Assembly (NCBI GenBank): GCA_965116025.1
Contig: OZ220480.1
Location: forward strand, 1,152,001 to 1,216,000
DNA length: 64,000 nt
Reading direction: 5' to 3'
Source of the DNA: an uncultured candidatus Porisulfidus sp.
GTDB lineage: Bacteria; Pseudomonadota; Gammaproteobacteria; Poriferisulfidales; Poriferisulfidaceae
The notes under the pieces were generated by a model. That model was not told where the DNA came from. It saw only the letters and a list, made by a program, of their open reading frames with translations, and made no database searches. Position numbers and translations under genes: made by a program. Positions 33,741 through 43,292 of this stretch are shown here, in pieces. Each line of letters opens with the position of its first letter. Within the stretch, counting starts at the first letter, position 1.

Positions 33741-34742
33741 CTATCGGTGGCCGACGCGGACTAGGGTGCGGCCCTGACCCCGGCCCTCCAAAAATCCCGG
33801 GAAGCGGCCGGGCAGGTCCTCCAGATCGACCGTGTCCGTCACCAGCGGCTCCAGATCCTCCGGCTGGAGCGTCGCGAAAATCTGGTTCCACGCTCGCGCG
33901 CGCGGACCCGGCGGGCAGTTCGCCGAGCTCACGCCCAAGATGCTGACGCCGCGGATGATGAACGGCATGACGGAGCCTTGGAACTCGTTTCCAGTGGCGA
34001 GCCCGACGCTGACCACGGAACCCCATGGCTTCGTTATGCGAATCAGAGCGGCCAGCGTGTCGCCGCCCAGGTTGTCGATGGCCCCGCCGATTTCGGATTT
34101 CGCCAGGCCTCCCGGGCTGCCGCTCGGCTCGAAAGGCTCTCGGACCTCGCCCGCTCCAAGAGCGCGCAGAGCCGCATGCGCTTCGGGCTTGCCCGTCATG
34201 GCGATCGTCGGATAGCCCAGCTTGGAAAGCAGAAGGATGGCCAAACTGCCGACGCCGCCGCTCGCTCCGGTCACCAGGATCGGCCAGTCTTCCTCTTCCG
34301 CGTCGACGCGATTGTCCCTCAGACGGTCGATGGCCAGCATGGCGGTCAGCCCCGCGGTGCCCAGAATGGCCGCCGAGCGCGGAGTGAAGGGGGGCGGAAT
34401 CCGAATCACGGATTTCGCGGGAACGCGCAGGCGCTCGGCGAACCCGCCGTCCCGGGTCTCGGACAGCCCGCACCCGGTCACCAGAACCGCTTGGCCAACC
34501 TCGAGGTCCTCGCCCTCGTCGCTCTCCACATAGCCAGCGGCATCGATTCCCCCGATCAGGGTCGGGACGCGCAAGATCGGCGCCGCGCCGGTCGCGGCCA
34601 TCGCGTCCTTGAAGTTGATCGCGGAGAACTCCGTGGCGATCACGACCTCGCCGGCGCTCAACTCCTCCAGAGACACCTGATCGAGCTCGCAACGAGGCTC
34701 TCCCTCGGCGCGCAAGCGCAACGCGCGGTAGGAACCGCTCAC
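33741..34742 (-). CDS. YhdH/AcuI family MDR oxidoreductase (acryloyl-CoA reductase-like)
   Basis: INFKDA, GIDAAG, GTAGLTA, TGASGGVGS, PFIIRGV; GTGA overlap with purK. Confidence 0.85.
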   Translation of the reverse strand: MSGSYRALRLRAEGEPRCELDQVSLEELSAGEVVIATEFSAINFKDAMAATGAAPILRVPTLIGGIDAAGYVESDEGEDLEVGQAVLVTGCGLSETRDGGFAERLRVPAKSVIRIPPPFTPRSAAILGTAGLTAMLAIDRLRDNRVDAEEEDWPILVTGASGGVGSLAILLLSKLGYPTIAMTGKPEAHAALRALGAGEVREPFEPSGSPGGLAKSEIGGAIDNLGGDTLAALIRITKPWGSVVSVGLATGNEFQGSVMPFIIRGVSILGVSSANCPPGPRARAWNQIFATLQPEDLEPLVTDTVDLEDLPGRFPGFLEGRGQGRTLVRVGHR

Positions 34743-35887
34743 GCGCTCAATTTCTGGTGAAGCGCGCGCGCGCGCGCGCGGGCGATTTCCGGATTCGCGT
34801 CCAGCACGCAGATGTGTCCCATCTTGCGTCCGGGGCGCGCCTCCTCCTTTCCGTACAGATGCAGGCGGACGCTCGGATCGTCGCCAAGGATCGTCCAGTC
34901 CGGCTCGCCGTCGCGCCAAAGATCCCCAAGAAGGTTGATCATCGCGGCGGGCGTATGCTGATCGGGCGCGCCGAGCGGGAGACCGCACAAGATCCGCGCC
35001 TGCTGCTCGAACTGGGAGGTGGCGCAGGCGTCCAGCGTGTGATGGCCACTGTTGTGAGGGCGCGGCGCCATCTCGTTGAAGAGCGCCCCGTCGGCCGTGA
35101 CGAAATACTCGACTGCCAGCACGCCCCGATAGTCCAGCGCGTCGGCGATCCGGCGCGCGCTGTCCTGGACGCGCTCCCGCAGGTTTTCGGGGATATCGGC
35201 CGGAGCGCTCGAGCAATGAAGAATCCCGTCGCGGTGCTCGTTCTCCACGACCGGATAGACCACGGACCGGTCGCCATCTCGGGCCACGATCACGGAAACC
35301 TCTCGTCGCAGGTCGAGTCGCCGCTCCAGCACGCACGGGACGTCGCCGAGTTGGGAAAAGGCCGCTTCCGCGTCGGCGAGACTCTCGACGGGAGCCTGCC
35401 CCTTGCCGTCATAACCCAGCCGGTCGGTTTTCAGGATGCAGGGCGGGCCGACCCGTTCTAGCGCGGCGCCGATCCGTCCAGCCTCGTCGACGGGCTGATG
35501 CGGCGCCGGCGGGGTGCCTGGGGCATGCGTCGCGGCGAAGCGCTTCTCCGCGATCCGGCTTTGCGCGACGGCCAGGGGCCGGGCGCCGGGCCATACCGGG
35601 ATTCGCTCGCTCAGCCGCCGCACGGCTTCGGTCGGGACCGACTCGAACTCGTAACTGGCGGCCTCGCACAGCTCGCCAAGTTGATCCAGCGCCTCCGCAT
35701 GGTCGTACTCGGCGACCAGATGCTGGTCGGCCAGGAGTCCGGCCGGACAAGGATTTTTCGGTTCTAGCACGACGACGCGGTAGCCTAGCTTCCGCGCGGC
35801 CTCGGTGAACATGCGGCCTAGCTGGCCGCCGCCCAGCATGCCCAAGCGGGCGCCTGGCGCGAGGGGCCTAGTCGATTTTCTGCTCAA
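34739..35887 (-). CDS. purK: N5-CAIR synthase
   Basis: [35 protein letters not shown]. Confidence 0.96.
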   Translation of the reverse strand: MSRKSTRPLAPGARLGMLGGGQLGRMFTEAARKLGYRVVVLEPKNPCPAGLLADQHLVAEYDHAEALDQLGELCEAASYEFESVPTEAVRRLSERIPVWPGARPLAVAQSRIAEKRFAATHAPGTPPAPHQPVDEAGRIGAALERVGPPCILKTDRLGYDGKGQAPVESLADAEAAFSQLGDVPCVLERRLDLRREVSVIVARDGDRSVVYPVVENEHRDGILHCSSAPADIPENLRERVQDSARRIADALDYRGVLAVEYFVTADGALFNEMAPRPHNSGHHTLDACATSQFEQQARILCGLPLGAPDQHTPAAMINLLGDLWRDGEPDWTILGDDPSVRLHLYGKEEARPGRKMGHICVLDANPEIARARARALHQKLSA

Positions 35888-36365
35888 GGACGGCGCGGGT
35901 TTGGGCGGCCCGGAAGTCGTCCAGACGCTCCGAAAGGTCCGGGTCCGCGTCCGCCAGCATGGCCGCCGCGAACAGCGCGGCGTTCGCGGCTCCGGGCGCG
36001 CCGACCGCGAAGGTCGCGACTGGAACGCCTTTCGGCATTTGCGCGATCGACAGCAGGGCGTCCCAGCCCTGCAGCGCGGTCGCGTTGATGGGAACGCCGA
36101 GCACTGGCACCGGTGTCATGGCCGCTATCATGCCCGGCAAGTGCGCGGCCCCGCCGGCGCCGGCGATTACGCAACGGACTCCGCGCTCGCGGGCTTCGCG
36201 GGCGAATTCCGCCATCAGGTCAGGGGTTCGGTGCGCGGACACGACCCGCGCGAGGTAGGGGATTTCCAGCGCGTCCAGTTGCTCGGCCGCGGCCCGCATG
36301 GTGTCCCAATCGCTACGACTCCCCATCACGATGGCGATGGGCGGCTCCGAATCCGGATAGGTCAT
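35868..36365 (-). CDS. purE: N5-CAIR mutase
   Basis: [32 protein letters not shown]. Confidence 0.97.
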   Translation of the reverse strand: MTYPDSEPPIAIVMGSRSDWDTMRAAAEQLDALEIPYLARVVSAHRTPDLMAEFAREARERGVRCVIAGAGGAAHLPGMIAAMTPVPVLGVPINATALQGWDALLSIAQMPKGVPVATFAVGAPGAANAALFAAAMLADADPDLSERLDDFRAAQTRAVLEQKID

Positions 36366-36565
36366 GAGTGACGGCGCGAGGACTTTCGGGAATGGCGAAT
36401 TATACTGCGTAAGCATATAATGTATTCGCCTTGATGGTTGCTGTTCCCTGATTCAGGGAAAATTCCATGGTGCGCTGTTCTGCCGATTCCCCAACCAGGA
36501 TAGGTCGCTAACCGAGACCAAATTCCATATAACTCGGCATATCGGGAAATCAGGTTTAACGAAAA

Positions 36566-37681
36566 ATGTCATCCGTTCACTATCACGAAGGACGTTTCCC
36601 ACCAGACCAATATCTTGACTGGCCTAGGTTAATTCCATTCATTGGTCCGACGGCGGCGGCGGTCGCGCGTTACGATGGGACGCTTGCCGCGATTCCGAAT
36701 CCTGATGTATTGCTATCACCCTTGATTACTCGGGAAGCGGTTCTCTCTTCGCGTATTGAGGGCACGCAGGCCACCATGGGAGAAGTGCTGGAATTCGAGG
36801 CCGGACGAGAACCCGCCTCGCCGGAACGCCGAGAGGATATCCATGAAGTGCTTAATTACCGGGCAGCTATGCGCCAGGCGGAAAAGATGCTAGATAAGTT
36901 GCCGCTGACCCAGCGCGTTTTCCGTGAGGCACACTCCGTGTTGCTTGCTGGGGTGCGTGGACAAGGAAGATCTCCTGGTGAGTACCGGCGCATTCCAAAC
37001 TGGATCGGACCGCCTGGTTGTGCCATTGATGATGCAAAATTCGTTCCCATTGGCGCGGAGAAGCTTCCATCCGCCATGGCCGCGTGGGAGCGTTACATCC
37101 ATGAAGAAACCCCTGACCGGTTAGTGCGACTCGCCATTCTGCATGCCGAGTTCGAGGCCCTGCATCCATTTCTGGACGGCAACGGACGCTTGGGACGGAT
37201 GCTGGTCCCTCTTTTCCTTTGGCAGACCGGAATCATAGGGGCGCCCGTGTTTTACATCAGCGCCTATTTCGAGGCCCGGCGCGATGCTTACTACGACGGT
37301 CTGCTTGCTGTCTCTCGCGATGATGACTGGACCGGTTGGTGCCTATTTTTTCTTGAGGCGGTGCGAGCGCAAGCTGAAGATAACCTGGTGAAGACCAAGG
37401 GCATTCTGGATTTATATGAGGAAATGAAAGACCGTGTGCCTCGCATGACTCGCTCCCAATATGCCGTTCGCGCCCTGGATTGGGTATTCAAGCGACCTAT
37501 TTTCAAGGGCGCCGACTTCATGGCTGGTGCGCGAATTCCAGAGTCCACCGCACGACGGATTCTCGGAATTATGTGTAAAGAGGGCATCTTGAAGGTCGTT
37601 TTCGAGAGGAGTGGGCGTCAGGCAGCCGTTTTGGCCTTTCCCAAATTGCTTAACATCGCGGAGGGGAAAACCGTATTTTGA
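36566..37681 (+). CDS. Fic family protein with an N-terminal inhibitory-type motif
   Basis: HPFLDGNGRLGR; SSRIEG; lower GC than the flanks. Confidence 0.92.
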   Translation: MSSVHYHEGRFPPDQYLDWPRLIPFIGPTAAAVARYDGTLAAIPNPDVLLSPLITREAVLSSRIEGTQATMGEVLEFEAGREPASPERREDIHEVLNYRAAMRQAEKMLDKLPLTQRVFREAHSVLLAGVRGQGRSPGEYRRIPNWIGPPGCAIDDAKFVPIGAEKLPSAMAAWERYIHEETPDRLVRLAILHAEFEALHPFLDGNGRLGRMLVPLFLWQTGIIGAPVFYISAYFEARRDAYYDGLLAVSRDDDWTGWCLFFLEAVRAQAEDNLVKTKGILDLYEEMKDRVPRMTRSQYAVRALDWVFKRPIFKGADFMAGARIPESTARRILGIMCKEGILKVVFERSGRQAAVLAFPKLLNIAEGKTVF

Positions 37682-37772
37682 CGTTCATCTATGGCGGACA
37701 AACTTGTTTGTCCGCCACATTTCGCGAAATATGGCGGACAAACGCTCTTTACTGCAATATATGAACGTCAAA
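37677..37772. repeat. Nested inverted-repeat element
   Basis: 12-bp terminal IR (TTTGACGTTCAT/ATGAACGTCAAA) enclosing three copies of TGGCGGACAAAC in alternating orientation. Confidence 0.85.
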
Positions 37773-37878
37773 GAGACCGCGCCTGGGTCCGGGAAGCGGG
37801 CCCGTTCGATTCGGCGAAGCCACGCCCTTGGCTGGCTTCTCGCCGGGAGAGACCGCTTTCGCCAGCGTCTCCGCGAGC

Positions 37879-38802
37879 ATGCCTCCCGTCTTTAGGACCA
37901 ATCTCGCCCGCTTGCCGCTTCTCGCCCGGGGCAAGGTGCGAGATCTGTACGAGATCGACGCGGATCATCTGCTGATGGTGGCCACCGACCGGCTGTCGGC
38001 TTTCGATGTCGTGTTGCCGACTCCGATCCCTGATAAGGGAAAGATTCTGACCGCCATCTCCGAGTTCTGGTTTGATCGTCTTAGGCGCGTCGTGGGGAAT
38101 CACCTTTGCCCTCTGGATCTGGAGGATTTGCCGCTGGGGCCGGGAGAGCGGGAAATGCTGGCGGGTCGCGGCATGCGGGCGCGACGGCTTGATCCCTTGC
38201 CAGTGGAGGCGGTCGTTCGCGGCTACCTGATCGGATCGGGTTGGAAAGACTACCAGCGCGACGGACAGGTATGCGGCATCGACTTGCCAAGCGGTCTGGA
38301 ACTGGCCGCGCGCCTTCCCGAGCCGCTGTTCACTCCCGCCACCAAGGCTCGTCCGGGCGAGCGCGACGAGAACATCAGTTTCGAGGCGGTGGCGGATCTG
38401 ATCGGAAGGGAGCGCGCGGAAGAGGTGCGGGACGCGAGCCTCCGGTTGTACGCGGAGGCCAGCGCTCACGCCCGCGAGCGCGGGGTCATCATCGCCGACA
38501 CCAAATTCGAGTTCGGGCTGGACGCGGAGGGAACGCTGACGTTGATCGACGAGGCGCTGACTCCGGATTCGTCCAGATTTTGGGACGCGGACGAGTGGCG
38601 TCCGGGCGAGCTGCCGCGCAGTTTCGACAAGCAATTCGCGCGCGATTGGCTGGAGACCTTGGGCTGGGACAAGCGTCCGCCCGGGCCGGAGATCCCGCCC
38701 GACATCGTGGAGCGAACCGCCCAGCGCTATCGACAAATTGGCCGCCGTCTGCGCGGCAAATCGATCTTCGACGAAAGGAGACCCAACCTATGGCAAACCT
38801 GA
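37879..38802 (+). CDS. purC: SAICAR synthetase
   Basis: GKVRDLY, TDRLSAFD, ADTKFEFG, DEALTPDSSRFW. Confidence 0.96.
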   Translation: MPPVFRTNLARLPLLARGKVRDLYEIDADHLLMVATDRLSAFDVVLPTPIPDKGKILTAISEFWFDRLRRVVGNHLCPLDLEDLPLGPGEREMLAGRGMRARRLDPLPVEAVVRGYLIGSGWKDYQRDGQVCGIDLPSGLELAARLPEPLFTPATKARPGERDENISFEAVADLIGRERAEEVRDASLRLYAEASAHARERGVIIADTKFEFGLDAEGTLTLIDEALTPDSSRFWDADEWRPGELPRSFDKQFARDWLETLGWDKRPPGPEIPPDIVERTAQRYRQIGRRLRGKSIFDERRPNLWQT

Positions 38803-39155
38803 AAGAGCCCGGAAAGACCCCGGAAGTCCGGATCGCGGAATTGGAGAAGTACGTCGCCCGCATGCGCGTGGGCCTGATCCTGATCGGATCGATCATCCTG
38901 TACCAGGGCACCGCGGATATGGGACTGCTGGGCCCGACCCGGCTGTACGCCACGGAAGTCTACGCCAGCCAGTTCATCTTGGAGGACGAGGACCAGAAGG
39001 TGTACGGACGATGGGAGGTGACGGAAGAGGGGGACCCGGCGCGGTTCATGGTGTTCGGTGACGGTCCAGATTATGTCCTGATTCGCGCGGATGGCCTAGA
39101 GCGGCGAGCGGATCGCGTTCCAAGCGAGCCGGTTCCGGAAGCCTCGACCGATTGA
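38790..39155 (+). CDS. Hypothetical single-pass membrane protein
   Basis: AAGGAG RBS; one hydrophobic segment. Confidence 0.65.
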   Translation: MANLKEPGKTPEVRIAELEKYVARMRVGLILIGSIILYQGTADMGLLGPTRLYATEVYASQFILEDEDQKVYGRWEVTEEGDPARFMVFGDGPDYVLIRADGLERRADRVPSEPVPEASTD

Positions 39156-39297
39156 CGGTGGGGAAGCGGATTCTGGTTTGGTATTGGCGGACGAGCGCCG
39201 GGTCTGGTTTTTCGCGGCCTTCGGGCATGCTTCGCCATGGCGGTCGCGCTCATCGCGTCTCCGAGCGCTCGCCCCGAATAGTCGATCCAACGCCATA

Positions 39298-39376
39298 AGC
39301 GAATTTCTTACCGACATGATGAGCGAATAATGGTATAACTGAAAAAGCGAATTAACGCGCGACTAGATCAGCGAGA
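39298..39376 (+). repeat. Four AGCGA(AT/GA) direct repeats with an exact 24-bp period over the fic promoter
   Basis: Copies start at 39298, 39322, 39346 and 39370; TGGTATAAC lies between the second and third. Confidence 0.7.
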
Positions 39377-39385
39377 AATCCCACG

Positions 39386-40912
39386 ATGGCGTCACCTTCC
39401 GAAAAACTGGCCGCTTCGCTCGACGCGCTCAACAAGCTGCAGGAGCGTGGAAGCGTCGCGATACGTTCCGCGGACCTCTCCAGAACGCACAGGGAGCGAT
39501 TGCTGAAAAACGGTTTCTTGGAGGAAGTCCTCAAAGGTTGGTACATTCCCTCTCGCCCCGACGAGGCGAAGGGCGGTAGCGTTGCTTGGTACGCCTCTTT
39601 CTGGCGGTTTTGCGCGGCATACCTCAACCATCTCAAGGGCGATGACTGGTGTTTGTCTCCCGAACAGTCGATCATTCTTCACGCCGGGAACTGGTCGGTG
39701 CCGCGGCAATTGCTCGTGCGCTCGGCGAAGGCCCGAAACAACGTGACGGTCTTGCCGCACGGAACGTCGTTGCTGGACATACGCGCGAGTTTGCCATCCG
39801 CCAAGAGCGTGAGCGAAATGAACGGCCTTTGGGTTTTCGCCCTTCCCGCGGCGCTCGTGGCTTGTGGTCCGCGATTCTTCACGCGAAATCCGACCGATGC
39901 GCGCGCGGCCTTGTCCACGGTCGTCGACGCGTCGGAAATCCTGGTGCTGCTGCTCGAAGGGGAACACAGCGCGATCGCGGGGCGCTTGGCGGGCGCGTTC
40001 CGTGACATTGGACGGGACTTGATCGCGGACGACATTCTGGCGACCATGCGCGGCGCCGGATACGAAGTTCGGGAAAGCGATCCGTTCGACCAGGCGCCCA
40101 TCAAGTTGGAAACCCGCGAGCGGTCGCCCCATGTCAACCGAATTCGGCTGATGTGGCGAGAGATGCGGCCCGTCGTCCTGCGGCATTTCCCGGAGCCAGG
40201 CGCCCGACCTATTGATGCGAACGCGTATATGCGGCGCGCCGAGAGCGTGTACGTCACCGACGCGTACCATTCGCTCTCGATCGAAGGGTATCGCGTGACC
40301 CCGGAACTTATCGAGCGAGTCCGCTCGGGAGACTGGAACCCGGAGCGAAACGAGGACGACCGGGAAAGACTCAACGCTTTGGCGGCCCGGGGATATTGGC
40401 AGGCGTACCAAAGCGTCCGATCCAGCATCGAGCGAATCCTGTCTGGCGAGAACGCTGGAGAAGTCGTGGAGAGCGATCATCGCGCATGGTACAGGGAGAT
40501 GTTCGCTCCAGGGGTGGCGGCCGGCATTCACAAGCCCGCCGATTTGGCGGGATACCGCGACGGGCCAGTCTTCATACGCCATTCCATGCATATGCCGCCG
40601 AGCCGGGAGGCCGTCCGGGACGCCATGCCCGCGTTCTTCGATCTGCTTCGGGAGGAGGAATCTCCGGCGATTCGAGTCGTCCTGGGGCATTTCATCTTCG
40701 TGTATATCCATCCATACATTGACGGAAACGGGCGCGTCGGGCGCTTTCTGATGAACGCCATGCTGGCCAGTGGCGGATATCCGTGGACGGTCATTCCGCT
40801 GGAACGGCGCGGGGAATATATGGAGACGCTCGAAGAGGCCAGCGTGAGACGGAACATCAAGCCGTTCGCCAGATTTTTGGGCGAGCTCGTGAAAGCGGGG
40901 ATGGCCGATTGA
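39386..40912 (+). CDS. Fic family protein (508 aa)
   Basis: HPYIDGNGRVGR; SLSIEG. Confidence 0.92.
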   Translation: MASPSEKLAASLDALNKLQERGSVAIRSADLSRTHRERLLKNGFLEEVLKGWYIPSRPDEAKGGSVAWYASFWRFCAAYLNHLKGDDWCLSPEQSIILHAGNWSVPRQLLVRSAKARNNVTVLPHGTSLLDIRASLPSAKSVSEMNGLWVFALPAALVACGPRFFTRNPTDARAALSTVVDASEILVLLLEGEHSAIAGRLAGAFRDIGRDLIADDILATMRGAGYEVRESDPFDQAPIKLETRERSPHVNRIRLMWREMRPVVLRHFPEPGARPIDANAYMRRAESVYVTDAYHSLSIEGYRVTPELIERVRSGDWNPERNEDDRERLNALAARGYWQAYQSVRSSIERILSGENAGEVVESDHRAWYREMFAPGVAAGIHKPADLAGYRDGPVFIRHSMHMPPSREAVRDAMPAFFDLLREEESPAIRVVLGHFIFVYIHPYIDGNGRVGRFLMNAMLASGGYPWTVIPLERRGEYMETLEEASVRRNIKPFARFLGELVKAGMAD

Positions 40913-41053
40913 TTTTCATCGCGCCCTGCAAAGAGCCCCAGGGTGCAGCGAGGCTTTCCTCACGCCTGGACAGGTTGCCGAATCCGCGTGGCGCGCCGGG
41001 TTTGGCGAGAAAGGTCGAAATCTGCTAAACTAGCCGCCGCGCGAGACGCACTA

Positions 41054-41497
41054 ATGAGTAAAAAGACACTGACCCGTAGCACGGCCAGCGCCACGCCCGG
41101 CGCGGGCGAGTGGTATGTGGTGGACGCCGCCGACAAGATTCTTGGCCGCCTCGCGACCCAGGTGGCGCATCGCCTGCGCGGAAAGCACCGGCCCGACTGG
41201 ACTCCGCACGTGGACGCGGGCGACCATGTCATCGTGCTCAACGCCTCTTCGGTGCAGGTGACCGGAAACAAGCGGGCCGACAAGATGTACCATCGCCATA
41301 CGGGCTATGTTGGCCATTTGCGGAGCGAATCCTTCGGGGATCTGCAGGCCCGCGCTCCCCAGCGCGTCATTGAGATCGCGGTTCGCGGGATGCTCCCCAA
41401 AACCCGACTGGGCCGCCGCATGCTGCGTCGGCTGCATGTTTATGCCGGGGACGAGCACCGGCACGTCGCCCAGCGACCCGCCGCGTTGGAGGTCTGA
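41054..41497 (+). CDS. rplM: 50S ribosomal protein L13
   Basis: [24 protein letters not shown]. Confidence 0.97.
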   Translation: MSKKTLTRSTASATPGAGEWYVVDAADKILGRLATQVAHRLRGKHRPDWTPHVDAGDHVIVLNASSVQVTGNKRADKMYHRHTGYVGHLRSESFGDLQARAPQRVIEIAVRGMLPKTRLGRRMLRRLHVYAGDEHRHVAQRPAALEV

Positions 41498-41499
41498 CC

Positions 41500-41889
41500 A
41501 TGAGCGCCGTTCATTTGGGCACTGGACGTCGCAAGAGCTCGACCGCGCGGGTGCGTCTGAGCGAGGGAACCGGGGAGATGCGAATCAACGACCGCTACCT
41601 CAAGGACTATTTCGTTCGAGAGACGGCCCGAATCCAGGTTTGCCAGCCATTGGTCGTGTGCGGAATGCTGGGCAAGCTAGATCTGGATGCCAAGGTTTCC
41701 GGGGGCGGCATCAGCGGCCAGGCCGGAGCCATCAAACTCGGCATCGCCCGGGCGTTGCTTTCCTATAGCGAAGAGAATCGCGCGCAACTGCGACAAGGCG
41801 GGTTTCTGACCCGTGATGCAAGAATTGTCGAACGAAAGAAAGTCGGACTGCGAAAGGCCCGCAAGGACGTTCAGTACTCCAAACGTTGA
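41500..41889 (+). CDS. rpsI: 30S ribosomal protein S9
   Basis: [28 protein letters not shown]. Confidence 0.97.
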   Translation: MSAVHLGTGRRKSSTARVRLSEGTGEMRINDRYLKDYFVRETARIQVCQPLVVCGMLGKLDLDAKVSGGGISGQAGAIKLGIARALLSYSEENRAQLRQGGFLTRDARIVERKKVGLRKARKDVQYSKR

Positions 41890-42052
41890 GTTTCGAGTCT
41901 CTGGGGCATTCCGGGAATTCCGGAAAGGCTTTCACCATCTTCGAAGACCAGATCCACGCTTAGAGCGGACCGTTCGGGTCGCGCGTCATGGCTGATGGAT
42001 GTCTTGGTCTACCATATGAAGCGCGACTTCAACCAATATGAGGGGAAATAAC

Positions 42053-42958
42053 GTGAAAAATTGGAAATTCATCGCCGCCTTAGCGGCGGTTCTGGCCGGT
42101 CCTGTCATGCCGGCCCATGCCGAGATCGATCTCTCGGCGAACTTCGGCATCATGTCCGATTACATCTACCGCGGCTTCCACCAGAGCGATGCCGTGGCCA
42201 ACGGCGGAATCGATCTGGAGACGGGTCCGTTCTACTTAGGCGTCTGGCTCGCCGACCTCGATTCCGGCAGCGGAGTGGAGATCGACGTGTACGGAGGATT
42301 GGCTTGGGAGTTCGAGAGCGGCTTCTCGGCGTACGTCGGCTATACCGCCTATCGGTACACGGAAGACGACGACGGGACGCTTGAGGTCAAGGACAAGATG
42401 AAGGAAACCGTGGAGGATGACGGCACCGTGAAGCGACTGACCGTCTATGCGGACGCGAATTCGAACGAGTATCTGCTCACTCCTGCCAACGTGGAGAACG
42501 AGAACCTGACCGGCGTGGAGAAGCCGGACGGTGTCGCGACTCTTCCAGCTTTCGGCGATCTGACGAAGCTCACGGTCGAGGAGTGCGTGGGCGGCGGGTT
42601 CGACCAGGACTATGATGAGATCAACCTGGGCGTGGGGTACGCCATGGACGATTTCTCGGTCAGCCTGGACTACGCGATCGGCGAGCATGAGAATGGTCAT
42701 ACATGCGGTAGCGAGGACAATGACTATGACATCGCCACGCTAACTCTGGACTATAAGGGCGCGTACGTGACGTTCGGGACTTACGGCATCAGCGAGGATG
42801 ACGTGGACAAGGGGGAGCCGGAAGGCGACTACTTTGAAATTGGCTACGCCACCACGATCCACGATCTGGACCTCGCCGTGTATCTGGTCGATTCCGATGA
42901 GGACATCGACGACGAGACCCGTCTTGGAATGAGCGTGGGCTACGCGTTCGGGCTGTAA
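42053..42958 (+). CDS. TorF/TIGR02001-like putative outer-membrane porin
   Basis: Signal peptide, SDYIYRGFHQS, GGIDL, EIDVYGG, C-terminal aromatic strand (VGYAFGL); GTG start with GAGGGG RBS. Confidence 0.75.
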   Translation: MKNWKFIAALAAVLAGPVMPAHAEIDLSANFGIMSDYIYRGFHQSDAVANGGIDLETGPFYLGVWLADLDSGSGVEIDVYGGLAWEFESGFSAYVGYTAYRYTEDDDGTLEVKDKMKETVEDDGTVKRLTVYADANSNEYLLTPANVENENLTGVEKPDGVATLPAFGDLTKLTVEECVGGGFDQDYDEINLGVGYAMDDFSVSLDYAIGEHENGHTCGSEDNDYDIATLTLDYKGAYVTFGTYGISEDDVDKGEPEGDYFEIGYATTIHDLDLAVYLVDSDEDIDDETRLGMSVGYAFGL

Positions 42959-42992
42959 CCCGTCCGTCGCTCGGAGATATCCGGAATCGGGG

Positions 42993-43030
42993 AGAGGCCC
43001 GCCCATGCGATGGGCGGGCCTCTTTCTTCT
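42993..43030 (+). terminator. Intrinsic terminator
   Basis: AGAGGCCCGCCCAT-gcg-ATGGGCGGGCCTCT followed by a T-rich tail. Confidence 0.8.
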
Positions 43031-43099
43031 GGAGCTATCTTTGAAGCGCTTCGTCGTGAGCCAGCGCGTGGCGCATGGGGAAGCGGTCGCGCGGAATCG

Positions 43100-43189
43100 T
43101 GGCGGAGAGTGAGGGATTCGAACCCTCGGTGCGACAAGCCGCACAACGGTTTTCGAGACCGCCCCGTTCGACCACTCCGGCAACTCTCC
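43100..43189 (-). tRNA. tRNA-Ser(CGA)
   Basis: Cloverleaf with long variable arm, anticodon loop CT-CGA-AA, GGTTCGAATCC, CCA end. Confidence 0.96.
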
Positions 43190-43292
43190 ACCCTATAGCG
43201 TATCATCTATCCAGGATTGGCCCGGGGCGCCGCGTGGCGTTTCATGTAAAATGCGATCTTCCGAATGGCCAAGGCGGATGCCGCTCCCACAT

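Noticed and set aside
34762-34780. (GC)9G alternating run in purK
   Set aside because: It encodes ARARARA in frame near the C-terminus of a housekeeping gene in a GC-rich genome; no support for a switch
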